From contig OX597822.1 in the NCBI GenBank assembly GCA_951406725.2, positions 28,272,001 through 28,336,000 of the forward strand: 64,000 nt of DNA, in the 5' to 3' direction. Under the pieces are notes generated by a model that worked only from the letters and a program-made list of their open reading frames with translations, searched no databases and was not told the origin of the DNA. The DNA is from Octopus vulgaris (taxonomy: Eukaryota). Every line of letters begins with the position of its first letter. Positions within the stretch are counted from its first letter, which is position 1. Positions 1 to 12,240 of this stretch are shown here, piece after piece. The position numbers were made by a program, and so were the translations under genes.

Positions 1-49
1 TTATGTATGTATGTATGTATGTATGTATATATATATGTATATATAACTT

Positions 50-400
50 TGATAGGCTTAGACCAATATAGGCCCAGAGTATGTCTAACGTAACAGCGCC
101 ATCTGAAATATTTTAGTCATATATGGGACACCATGGCCCACTCTAGCAAAGAATTACTATTGTTGGAGGTATATCCGGGCGTAGGAGGTTGGTTCGGGAT
201 TTTCTGAAGAAATATGAATTTTATGGGATCCCTTTCCGTTTTGACGTATTTTGGCATGGTAATAAAGAGAGCTGGACTGGCTGAGGTAAAGTAATTGTGA
301 TGTAATGTTGCTATGTATATCGAGTTGGATTCTTGTAGTGGGCGGATAGCACGGATGCCAAGTCTTAGATGGATTTTAAAATTGATGCCAACATCATTTG
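50..400 (-). mobile_element. 3' end remnant of a CR1/L2-type LINE (RT C-terminal tail)
   Basis: ORF 117..695(-) contains NFKIHLRLGIRAIRP...LHHNYFTSASPALF...KIPNQPPTPGY..NSNSLLEW, homologous to 53086..53409(-); its 5' side is cut by (TA)n. Confidence 0.7.
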
Positions 401-406
401 TCCATG

Positions 407-476
<70 letters not shown>

Positions 477-531
477 TACATATAAGAGAACAAAGTGTAC
501 ATGCGCTGCTATATATATATATATATATATA

Positions 532-702
532 TAATACAAAATGGAACAAGAACGCAAAACATCCGGACAACCGAAATTGCGAGGATAATCTGGTTCTTGA
601 CTGAAGATAAAAAACTTCGAATGAGACGTCCTTGGATGTTTTGTTTCCCATTTTGTATCACCTAGTTGTCCGGATGTTTTGCGTTCTTGTCCCATTTTGT
701 AT

Positions 703-704
<2 letters not shown>
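532..704. repeat. Small foldback element with 40-bp terminal inverted repeats, between (TA)n tracts
   Basis: 532-571 taatacaaaatggaacaagaacgcaaaacatccggacaac is the reverse complement of 665-704 with one mismatch; a third partial arm lies near 633-658. Confidence 0.85.
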
Positions 705-770
<66 letters not shown>

Positions 771-1090
771 TAAGTATGTTACAGGAAGTATGGGATATTT
801 ACAGAGTGCTCGTAGAGGACCAATGCGAAAAAATACAAAGTAGAGGAAATTGAAAACGAAGACATCCTAGCCAGTCAGATTCCCGAACGCATAAATGAAG
901 ACATTCGATCAATGTAAGTGAATCATATATATTTATACACATCAGCATAAATCATGCATGTACGGGTGTAACGATTCTCCAAGGGTATATGCTTTTATAT
1001 TTCTTCTATATTTTTTATGTATGTTTGGTTTTATTCTTTATGCCCTTGGAGAATCTTCATGCCTGTACATGCATGTTTTATGTTGATATA

Positions 1091-1472
1091 TCTCTATATA
1101 TAAACGGCAGTTTGTCTGTGTGTGTTTCTGTGTGTCTGTTTGGTTGTACCCTCACCCTGACCACGGCTTTCAACCGATTCTGATGAAACTTGACACACAC
1201 ATAGCCCAATGTCATAATTCAAAACTAACGCAGCGAAAATTTTGAAAAGCTCCCCCAGTTCTGAAAAAAATCGATAAATTCGACATGGGGTCGAGAATCA
1301 GAAACCCAAACCACAGACCGTCTAGGGGACGCAACTCCACCTTTTTTAACTCTCAAAAAAATTTACCATCATTTTTTTTCCATTTTTTTGCTAATTTTTG
1401 GCTATAACTCTCTAAAAATGCTTTATAGTTATTTCCCTTACAAACCTGAGCAACGCCGGGCGATACTGCTAG
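1091..1472 (+). mobile_element. Non-autonomous Helitron (~380 bp)
   Basis: 5' a^TCTCTATATATAAA; 3' GC hairpin cctgagc-aac-gccggg followed by CTAG^t; inserted between A and T with no TSD. Confidence 0.8.
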
Positions 1473-2710
1473 TGTATAAATATATATAAGTCAATTACAT
1501 TGATTGAATATCTTCATTTATGCGTTCGAGAATCTGTTTGACTACGTAGGATTTGAGTTTTCAATTTCCCCCTTTACATATATATATATATATATATATA
1601 CAGAGAGATACACGTCTATGTAACAGCCTACTATCAAATCTACATGTGTATGTATAAACTGTGGGTATTGGGTTATCACTACCTCCTACGTATATCTCCG
1701 ATTATTGGAGATGTTTCATTTATGAAGACGTACTCCTGTATTTGTCTAAGTGTTGGGTCCTTCGGTTGCTTGGATAAAATGCGGCTGTCAAGTCGACCCC
1801 GTGTGCTTCCATGTTGGTCTTTGGCATGTTGGTAGAGTACTGAGGACTGCTTTTGTCGTCATATTGTGTCAATATGACGACAAATTGTATCCAAAAACAT
1901 AGCCGTAAATTTTTTACAGGTATGTTTTTGGATAAATATTAATTAGCTCTATTTACGAAATCACAAGCACTATCATTCCTCTGAAGTTATTGCCGAGTCT
2001 TGTTATACTTAAGTACTAGTTTTATTATTATTTATACACCCTGGTACCCCTAGGAAAACGATTAACCCACCAATTATTTTTGTAGATTATTTGCTAGTTT
2101 ACTATTTTTGCCCATCGACTCAAGCTTTATACTGCAAAATGGTATGATTCGAATTTATTGGGCCTTCTTTCTGAATCTCGAGGACCTGTTCTTTCCTCTT
2201 CCCTCTTCTTTTAGTATTCGTATTCGCTCTGATGAAGCTGCATGTAGTAGATCGGATTTGCTATAAAGATGACGAATATTATTTTCATAATTTTCCTTGG
2301 AGGCACCGACTGACATTGGTACTGAAACGGCTATAAGCAATGTAAAAGTTTTGTATTAAAAAATGATTAACCGATGTTGGTCAATTTGTTTGCTTCTTGC
2401 TTAAAAGCTTTCAACATTTTCTGCATATTTTAAATTTGATTCATGATAAAAGCTTGTTTATTCTGGTATTTCCTGTACCATATGAACATAGTGTGCTTAC
2501 ATACCCATGCCCAGGGCTAATGTAGGTAATTGATACCGGGAATAAGAACGCATATTCTAATCCGTTAGACGGACGGTTACTCCAGCTGCTAACTCTACTT
2601 ACCTCATATATATACCACATATATATGTGTGTGTGCGTGTGTGCGTGTGCATAACATATATGTATATATGTATATATATATATGCATGTGTGTGTATATA
2701 TATATATATA

Positions 2711-3492
2711 CTAGCTTAAAAGCCGCCCTATCGGGTGGCTGTTACGCTAGCTTCTGTGGAGGGCTCTTCATTAGACCTTGAGCACTACAAAGACACTTCA
2801 TGCATTGAGTACATATTAAATTTTATTAAACTTGAATATTTCTCAAGCAATGAACACTTTTCATCAAAACAATGATATAATTTGTCGACTTGGAACTTAT
2901 TGCGAGGCTGCATGATAAACAACAGTACCATCTCCATCGCCATCAGATCTACCATATACACCATTCAGACGTCTGACGCCACCATCATCAATACCTTTGA
3001 CTTCGCCGCCTTCCCTTCCACCATCCTCACCTCTGTCTTTCAAATCGCTTACTCTCACCGTAATTCCTCACTGCCTCGACTACCACCAACACCACCATAA
3101 TTACCGCTGCATCCGTCTCTATCACAACTACAGCTCATACTATTACTATCATCCCATTACCATTAGTTCAGCATTCTGATTCAGTGTTCAGTCCCTCTTT
3201 CTATCACATACCCATGCATTCTCTCTCTTATTATTACCCCCACTGGCATCACCAACACTGCTACTTTTAATAAAACATCATCAACTCTCTCTAAGCTTCC
3301 TTGTCTCTATCTCTCTCTCTCTTTTTCTTTCTCTCTCTCTTTCTCTGTCTGTCTTAGCCATCACCCTCATCTTCTTTATGCCTCTGTTATTACTCTCACT
3401 CCAGCACGAAGATTACTAGTAGTATCATTGAATAGTGAGAGACGGGTGTCAAAGTGTGACACACAGACACACAGAAATTAGTTTTCGCATTT

Positions 3493-3500
<8 letters not shown>
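2711..3500 (-). mobile_element. Non-autonomous Helitron, second family
   Basis: a^CTAG at 2711 next to hairpin agccgccc-tatc-gggtggct (2721-2740); the other end reads (TA)n-tgataaatgcgaaaactaatttctgtgtgtctg on minus. Confidence 0.6.
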
Positions 3501-3531
<31 letters not shown>

Positions 3532-3568
3532 AATGAAATACAATGAAAAACAGGACACAAAGGATGTC

Positions 3569-3661
3569 GCGGTACATATGTTTCGAGCTTTATAGAATAA
3601 CTTATTCTTACATCAATGCATAATCGACATAACAGATAGTTCAAAAGCCCTCTTCAGCCCC
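3569..3661 (-). ncRNA. Type-I hammerhead ribozyme motif, long stem-II loop
   Basis: Minus: gggg-CTGAAGA-GGGCTTT...AAAGCTC-GAAA-CATATG-TA-ccgc; palindromic stem III, GUA site; stem I weak (one mismatch). Confidence 0.65.
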
Positions 3662-4489
3662 ATGCAATTGCTAAACCAAAAACTTGTACCACATTATGAA
3701 AGGTTTGAGATAAAACAGTTGGTATTGTTTATAATGGTAGGTAAACCGAGTATCACCGGGAAAGTATGATTGTAAATCTTCATAATCAAGTAGGCGTACA
3801 TGGTATTATTAGACTCCAAAAAATCGTCCATACCGTTTTCTCACTCAATATAGAGTGAATACTGGGTAGATTCCGGTTGGGTTTATTCTTCTTGTAAGGG
3901 AAGGAATTGGATGTTGAGAGAAAGAGAAAAAGGGGAAAAGAGGGGAGGGGGAGGAAACGTTAATGAAGTTGGGATGACAAAAAATATATATATAACTATA
4001 AAGGATAATAAAATATAAAATATAATAAAATTAAAGATGTAAAAATGTAAATATATAAAGATATAAATAACGTCAGGTATAGGGTCATAAATTCTAGAAA
4101 TGTATTGTGAAAGTGTAAAAGGTACAAAAAATAAAGAGTAAAAAATAAAAATAACAAAAATAAAGATAAAATGAGATAAAGATAAAAAGATACAAAAGTA
4201 AACAAAGCGGTCGTAAAGGCAAAAGGATTAAGATAGAGAGATAATGGGTTAAAATTCTGAAGCTGTGGAGAGCGTCGTAAATTACTTTTGATTATCGGGG
4301 GCGCGGAAGAGGAGTGAAATATGATATAGTTGAGGCGAGTGGTCAGTTTATAGCAGTCCCACGTTACATGCTTTAAGCCTATCTTGTGTGTCTACATACT
4401 TACCCACTCTCACATATATAAACCTGTCTCCTGCAACTAGGGATATGTCCGGATGTTGGTATCATTACACACCCTATGTCATCCTCAAT

Positions 4490-4592
<103 letters not shown>

Positions 4593-4919
4593 CGTACATA
4601 TACACACACACACACATATATACACGTACACACACATGCATATACACATACATACATATACCTACATATACATATATATACATGCACACATATATATACA
4701 TATACTTACATATATACACATATACACATTTTCAAACACATACATATGCTCCCACCTATATACACATACATATACAAAAGTACACATATGCATACGCGAC
4801 GTATCCATAGATACAAGTATACGCACACATACATGCACACATATGTACATATCTACATATCTACATGCCTATACATTCTCGAATCTATATATATATATAT
4901 ATATATACTTATGCATAGG

Positions 4920-4971
<52 letters not shown>

Positions 4972-6063
4972 CAACTACATACACACTTATATGCATACAT
5001 ACAATCATACATACGTACCCACCAATCACTGGAACTGTAAAAATCGGTCAGACTTTCCAGAAGATTTAGGTATATATGCATGAAAATACATACATAAAAC
5101 AAAACATTCACATTCTGATGTTGTTGAAACTCCAATGAAAGAGACTTGGATCTAGGTTAGAAAGCAGGTCTTTCTGTATTGGCAAGAAATTCTGAAATAA
5201 AACTGAACACTGATACATACATACATGCATACATAAATACATACATACATATCGCACAGTAATATTTGGCCTAAACGGACAGAACTCTGAGGCCGGAAAT
5301 TATCCTCGTTTCACTGGCACTTGCGGGTAGACGATTCCTCCTGTACTGCCTGCAATCAGTTGCAGCGAGTTCGAGTTCATTTAGTGCAAACAGGGCGACA
5401 TAAAGAAAAGGGCGTAGAAAAGAATGCATGCAGAAATGGGGACGAAGAAAAATAGAAATGAGCGTGTGTTAATTGTCGTCTCTTTGTCACAATCTCATGT
5501 CGTTCTCCTTCCTTCCTCTTTTAGGCTTTGTCATGCACCCACACATAGTTGCTCACTACATATATAGCAGGCCGACATCTGGAAGTCGTTGTCACACCCA
5601 TCTTGTAAAAGTTTAATATAAACATGTATTCCGCAAAAATTTATCGAGCAATTCTTTAGTTGAATATTGAATTGTTTTTATATATAACTTGCCATAAAAA
5701 ATTAATATCAATGTGTGTGTGTGTGTGTGTGTGTATGCATATAATTCTTTTGAGAAAGAATAAGATTAATCAGAAATTCTCTCACAAAGTTATGGTTTGC
5801 ACTTAGAAGTTCTCAAGATACATACGTACATACATCGTGTTTGTTTATAAAAATATTATTTATGTAGTATTCAGACAGTTTAAGTATATATTAACTAAAT
5901 TTGACTGAAATTGATGGGTGAGCGTTTGGCCAAGCAGATTCGCAAGGAGCCATGACAGCTACGATTGGTGGATTCGATTCAGGATGAGGGTAGGTCATCA
6001 TTTTTCGGTCATTTGTTTATATTTAAAAATTGTAGCTTCAAAATCGGAGATTAAATATCATTA

Positions 6064-6141
<78 letters not shown>

Positions 6142-6728
6142 CAATTCAAACTTTTTGAAGAGTCCAAAAAGAGAGAAAATAATCTCTAATAAAAATTCAT
6201 CATATTCAGAAATATCCTGCTAAAGCAAACAATAAATATATGAAAATAACAATCGAAAAAGTTCGCTATTGGTGTAAAATACTATGACCATTTATAAAAA
6301 TGGAGAGATGATGTTCAAAATCAAAATTGGATTTAAGAAGCACTACGAACGTTTCAAAAGGCAATACAAATACGTAAGAAAATATCATAATAGTAATTAT
6401 AATTAAAATTATGTATTGTCATTCTCGTGTGTGTGGATCAAAAGACATTTTAAGATCCAGAAAGGTCGGAACTTATCTGCAGTTCTTGGTGTTCCAAATC
6501 GGCTATTCAATGTATGTGGATGTCTTTTCAGAACATTGTCTGGTTTAAAAAGACCACAACAGATGCCATGATGGTTCGAAGATATAGGTACAGGAGGTGA
6601 TTAAACTCTGCATAAGGAGTAGACAACCACCATATATGTATATGTATATGTATGTATATATATATATGTATGTATATATATATATATGTATATATATATA
6701 TGTATGTATATATATATGTATATGTATG

Positions 6729-6759
<31 letters not shown>

Positions 6760-7309
6760 GTATATGTATACATGTATATATATATATATATATTCGTTTA
6801 CTTATTTCAGTCATCTGACTGCGACAAGCCTTGAAAGGTTTGCAAATCAATACCTAGACTTACGTTTTAAAGCCTTGTACTTACTCTATCGGCTTCTTCG
6901 CCGAACCGCTAAGTTAATAGGAGGTAAGCACACCGACACCGGTTGTAGAGCGATGGTGGGAGACAAACAGGGATACAAAGACAAACACAAACTCATACAT
7001 ATATATATGTATGTATATATGTATGTATATATGTATGTATATATGTGAGTGTTTGTGTGTGTGTATATGTGTGTGTATGCGTGTGTGTGTGTATATCAAA
7101 AGAGTTTGATTCAAATTCGTTGGTTCTCTTAAGGTTGAAGCGTGATTCTTGTCGTCAAATTGTTATTTTTTATCCAAGCATATAACTACTATTAAGTTGG
7201 TTGAGTACCCTCCTTTCATTTGTCCACTCACTCGTATATAAAAACCCGAAACCATGTGGTTGGTAAGCAAGCTTATTACGACGCATCCACGCCTGCAAAT
7301 ATATTTATT

Positions 7310-7650
7310 TACAAGGGGAAGGTCGAAATTTTGGATTTTGACTACATTTAATATGAATTTGTACCAATTTTCGTAACCTGTTCTATCTTCGGAAGCTTTT
7401 GTCACTAAATTGATAGCATGCTCAACTCCTTGGCTATGATAGGGAAGAGGTATTGCTGTTAATGGGCCTGAATGAGTTTTAAGAAGATCAACATTTGTAA
7501 AGTTCCGTAAAACTGGAGGGGATGTTATAACTTAATTTTCCCAGTTAATCAAATCAACTTAATCCTGTGCTTCAAAATTAATTTTGCTTGGCATTTTGAA
7601 ATGTCTTAATTCTTCACAAAGCATTCGGAGAAAAGTTCTCCGAAGCACTC
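7310..7650 (-). mobile_element. hAT-type DNA transposase C-terminal relic
   Basis: Minus translation RHFKMPSKINFEAQD*VDLINWEN*...PLPYHSQGVEHAINLVTKASE resembles the P.H.Q.VER.VKLVTEAS C-terminal motif of hAT transposases; contains stops. Confidence 0.6.
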
Positions 7651-7893
7651 GAATTCACTTTACTACCAAGATATGTAAATGACTTCACATAATTTAGGTT
7701 TTTCCCATCAACCTGTATAGGAATGTCAGAGAAATTGTGAAACGGTGTTATGATCAAATTCTAACGTTAGTGTCATGATACGATCAGAAATACCTTTGGG
7801 TAGAAAAAGAAGGAATCTGGCTATTTCTGTCTTGATGGCAAACCAACACCAGACCAGCGAAGTTCGTCCTCACTTCTTCCACGCGTAGAAAAT

Positions 7894-8196
7894 TACGCAC
7901 TAACCTGCTCTGGGTGTCAAGAGCAATACATTGGCCAAACAAAAAACAGTCTACGTAAAAGAATGGCTCTGCTCAGATCCCAGATCAAAACTCTCCAAAA
8001 CAGAAAAATAGCATTCAGCCGACACATCGACATTTGCGCCAATAACAAAAATCCAAGCTTCAGAAATTTTCCACTCTACCAATTCAGAGACGATAGAACC
8101 TATAGCCAACAAATTAGTAAAGAGACTCTCTTTATTACAAAATGCAGACCCCTTTTGAACGCGTCTACAACCAGTCCCTTTTATCATTATAGCTGA
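7894..8196 (+). mobile_element. Penelope-like element GIY-YIG endonuclease fragment
   Basis: In frame with ORF 7963: YALTCSGCQEQYIGQTKNSLRKRMALLRSQI...SRHIDICA...KETLFITKCRPLLN. Confidence 0.8.
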
Positions 8197-9468
8197 ACCA
8201 TCCGACAGAAGAGAAAAAGAAGTGAAGTGACATGTTTATTAGTAGAAATTATACAATTTTACAATTTTAAATATTTGAATGGCTTCCTTACTTTTTCTGC
8301 ATATATTACCCAGTGTCTACATCATGTTTTATGATAATGTATGAATCACTTAGATATTTATATCTAAGTGATTCAAGTAGCGCTGAATGTTCTTTTCCAT
8401 AACCCATTTTGAAGTTGTTGGCAATTCATTAGCATGGTAACAGGTAGAGTTGGTTTTCATATAGGCTGTAGCATTATTGTTAACAAGATGACAATGGAAT
8501 GCGTAGTTAGGAGTTTTGCATATAAATTTTCTATCGTCTGAACAAACAGAGTCGTTTCCGTAATTATTATCATAGAAGCGTTAAAATTCGAAAAAAAAAT
8601 GTCACCTAATAAAATATATATTCTACTTTATACATAGCGCAATTGCCTCTCCGACTATAAATACAAACGTTCACCAATCCAACCTCCTTTCATCCACCAC
8701 CAGCCGCCACAGATTCTCACCAAGTCTGACCTACCACAAACCGCCTTTTCTTCTACTATACCAATTTGTTATCCTTTTACTTTAACCTCAAATGTACTAC
8801 CCTATTTCGCCTTTTGACTTTTCTGCCACTTGCCGCTTATTCCCAAATTCACTTTTGCTTTAAAAGTAGCCGCGACAACCGTGTCTTATTGTTTAGTAAC
8901 TCTTTCTCCACCATACCTGTCTCAAACCAATCCTGACCTATAATTTCTCGTTACAGCTACTCACTGAAACCATCAACCCCACTGTTATTATCAAGAATCA
9001 TTCCATTTTACATCACTATTTCTTTTAGCTACACCTCTACAAGCCTCGTCTATTGCTTTTTTACGTTTCGAACAGTTTTGTCGATGTCTATCCGACTGCT
9101 TCTCGGAGCACATACGAGATATCCAGCTCAACAATGAGCCACCCACTCTCTGTCAATTTCGATCGCGTTTTGCTCCAATTTCGATCGATTTTTGCTCATC
9201 GAATCACCACCGAACACTCGCCACCACAGAAAGAGAAAAGGAGTTTCTCTTCCCTTCAAACTTCTGCCTCTTCACATTGTCTCAATTTGCACATACTTTA
9301 TCTGTAACATACTTTCCATATCAACTTACACATATATATCATAGTCACCTACAGACAAGCACCACACATGCAAAACTAACACACAGACATTCCACGTCCA
9401 CAGCACAAATGCTAATCTCGCATACACACACACACACACATGAATATATATGTATATATATGTATGTG

Positions 9469-9516
<48 letters not shown>

Positions 9517-9611
9517 AGAACACACACTCACACACATGTATATGTATATATCTATCAATCTATCTAACTATATATATATATATATTTATATATATATAGC
9601 AATATATCTAA

Positions 9612-9676
<65 letters not shown>

Positions 9677-10269
9677 AGAACACGCATGCACACACACACA
9701 CACACACACAAATACCGTTAAAATACCAGTCAACACCAACTCAAAAAGGCAACGCATAAAAAAATTCACTCACAAAATACCAACAACACACACAAATAAT
9801 TCAGGAAACAAGTTGAGAAAGAAAAAAAAAGCAATAAGAACCGAAACATATTCGGCAGAGTAACTAAGCTACAAAAACGACAGAGATCAACTATCAACTA
9901 TTAAAGAAAACAAATCACTTTTAAACATGCTAACTGCAGTAACAGAAATTCACAGAACCGTACTGTAAAGCAGCAAACCGCATTAGTAATACTGCGCACA
10001 GTATACCCCTTGTATTGAAGGAGCATAATACAAATACTTTTACAAGGCAAAACACCCCGCTAGGTTTAGATAATTTTATTTAATACAGCTTCGTCTTAGA
10101 GTGTCTTACCCATCAATGACCATAAATGAAGGATTACAGACGTTTTGTTGCAATAATATTATAAAGATTCACCAAATAAAAGATTCACCAAATAAAAATA
10201 CCACACACGGATACAAGATAGAACATAAGACTCATTATATATATACATTATTTACATTATTTACATTAT

Positions 10270-10455
10270 TTTTATTATTTCCATTTGACGGATATTTGTC
10301 CTCGTCTTTGTTGTTAACACAACGTTTCGGTTGATATACCCTCCATCCTTCATCAGGTGTCTTGGGGGTATATCAGCTGGAGGGTATATCAGCCGAAACG
10401 TTGTGTTAACAACAAACAAGATGAAGACAAATATCCGTCAAATGTAAATAATGCA
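10270..10455. repeat. Imperfect palindromic element carrying a hammerhead
   Basis: catttgacggatatttgtc...aacgtttcggttgatataccctcca is inverted as tggagggtatatcagccgaaacgtt...gacaaatatccgtcaaatg; duplicate at ~25190-25375. Confidence 0.85.
10316..10361 (-). ncRNA. Minimal type-I hammerhead motif (Penelope type)
   Basis: Minus: gacac-CTGATGA-a-GGaTG-gagggtatat-CAaCC-GAAA-CG-TT-gtgtt; the opposite arm keeps gctg...cagcc-GAAACGTT but lacks CTGATGA. Confidence 0.65.
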
Positions 10456-10493
10456 AAACATGTACATAATTCCTCATCTCTTAAATATAGAAT

Positions 10494-10532
<39 letters not shown>

Positions 10533-10544
10533 CATACACACACA

Positions 10545-10955
10545 GATGCTGCAAGTTTGACGATTACAAGTGAGTGCAGGTGGTATATTTGTAACCGCTT
10601 TTCTCCTTTGCCTTGCAACCCTAAGTCTGCTAATACCAGTTGCAACGAAGTTTCTTATACCATTTTGACACAACGATCTCCATTTTGTTCGCTCCGAGGC
10701 TATTCGCACAAAAGTGACAAAAGTGTTGTGAGCTATCATCACTGCTGAGAGATTACTCTTCAGCGTGTTCCTATGTCTGACCCATAGTCGACCAACATTC
10801 CGTTATTAGGCTAGATATACATGAGGACTTTGGGTATTTTTTGTTACTCATTCTGATAACATGGCCAGCCCAGCGCAATTGCGACTGCATAAGGAAGCTC
10901 TCGATTCCACCAATCTTAAACTTGCTGAACAGGTCGGCATTTGAAACTCTGTCAT
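10545..10955 (-). mobile_element. RTE-clade LINE 3' fragment
   Basis: Minus translation DRVSNADLFSKFKIGGIESFLMQSQLRWAGHVIRMS...IASERTKWRSLC (LRWAGHV.RM motif); duplicate at ~25484-25894. Confidence 0.8.
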
Positions 10956-10957
10956 TT

Positions 10958-11420
10958 AGTGGGAGAGTGAGGTCGCGCCGATACAGTCATCGATATAACG
11001 ATTGTATAGGTCGGGAGTGGGACCAGGGAATTGTGAGAATATTTGGGCCTCAACGTAACCAGCGAACAGGTTCGCTTAGTTGGGGGCCATTCTCGTTCCC
11101 ATGGCCACTCCTGAGAACGGTTGGTAAAAATCCACCGTGAACGAGACGCAGTTGATGGAGAAAACAAGTTTGGCCAGACAAAGAATTGTGAAGGTGCCAG
11201 GTTGGGGGTCAGGTCGAAGGTCTAGAAAGTATTTTAGTGCAAGAAGTCCTTCGTTGTCTGAGATCGCTGAATATAAACATTTGATATCAAGAATGAACAG
11301 AAATTTAGAGGGGCCAGAAGGTAAGGAGAAAGAATTAAAGAGACGAAGAGCATGGTTTATGTTGTGGATGTGGGAGGGAAGTGGGGGAAGCCACTAGGGG
11401 CCAAGAACACGGTCGAGGTA
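10958..11420 (-). mobile_element. Penelope-like element reverse transcriptase fragment
   Basis: Minus translation FILDIKCLYSAI...SGVAMGTRMAPN*ANLF...YNRYIDDCIG; duplicate at ~25897-26359. Confidence 0.8.
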
Positions 11421-11523
11421 TAAAAATTCAACAAACAATTAAAGATGGAGAAGAAATATTAAAAGTTTTATAAAAATTTTAATCCATGCATAAAGTAAAA
11501 AGGATGAAATTGTACTCAACCTT

Positions 11524-11568
<45 letters not shown>

Positions 11569-12104
11569 CCTGTACGTATACCTATATCAAATTTATATTT
11601 ACGCATATTTATATTTGTATTAAACATGTTTATATATTGAGTTGTGCTTTTTAATGCTAATGCCAATACAGTTGTTATTATGTATGGTATTAGAATATCA
11701 ATAGCCAACCGAACTAAATGCATCTAAATGCCATTTCAAATTTAGTATTTGTCATTAATGCTCTGAGCTCTTTATCAATGAAAATGTTATATAAGCATTT
11801 AAAATCTTAATTTGTAGAGTAAGAGATAGACACATGATAATCCCATGTCATTTTAATCTTATGGTCTCTATTTTGCATATACGTTACTTATGGAATTCGC
11901 TAATTTCCAATTACCAATTATATGACTTTTTTCTAACTTACTTTTCTAATATTACCTTTGCAAATGTCATATTAGAAGCAAAAAGCAATATATTTGAGAA
12001 TGATTCTGTTTGAAGTTGCTTTGGGTTAGGATATTGTATTATCAATATTAATATACTGGTTATGTTCTGCATCATGGTCTTTGTTAAATATTATCTTAAT
12101 ATAT

Positions 12105-12121
12105 ATTTTCTTTATTTTCAG
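12105..12121 (+). promoter_or_regulatory. Probable 3' splice acceptor of a 5'UTR intron (GPCR copy 1)
   Basis: ttttctttattttcAG; the following sequence is homologous to the one after tttctttttttcacAG (55407) upstream of paralogue 3; copy B acceptor at 27061-27062. Confidence 0.6.
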
Positions 12122-12240
12122 ATATGCAACAGTTGATTGCTTCAAAGGAAAAACTGTCTACCTATTTAAGAAACAATATTTTATTATCGAAAATATAAAA
12201 ACACTAACTCAAGGACAAAGTTCTCACACCGGAATTCAAA

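Noticed and set aside
1179-1190. CTGATGAAAC in the Helitron as a hammerhead core
   Set aside because: No room for stem II and no stem I or III pairing
2229-2280. CTGATGA followed by a short stem
   Set aside because: No GAAA at the stem base and no closing stems
6340-6432. Possible hammerhead relic (stem plus GAAACGTT on minus)
   Set aside because: CUGANGA core not recognisable; at best a dead copy
9060-9112. Possible hammerhead relic near the Penelope 3' region
   Set aside because: Core degenerate (CCGAGAA) and stem I does not pair
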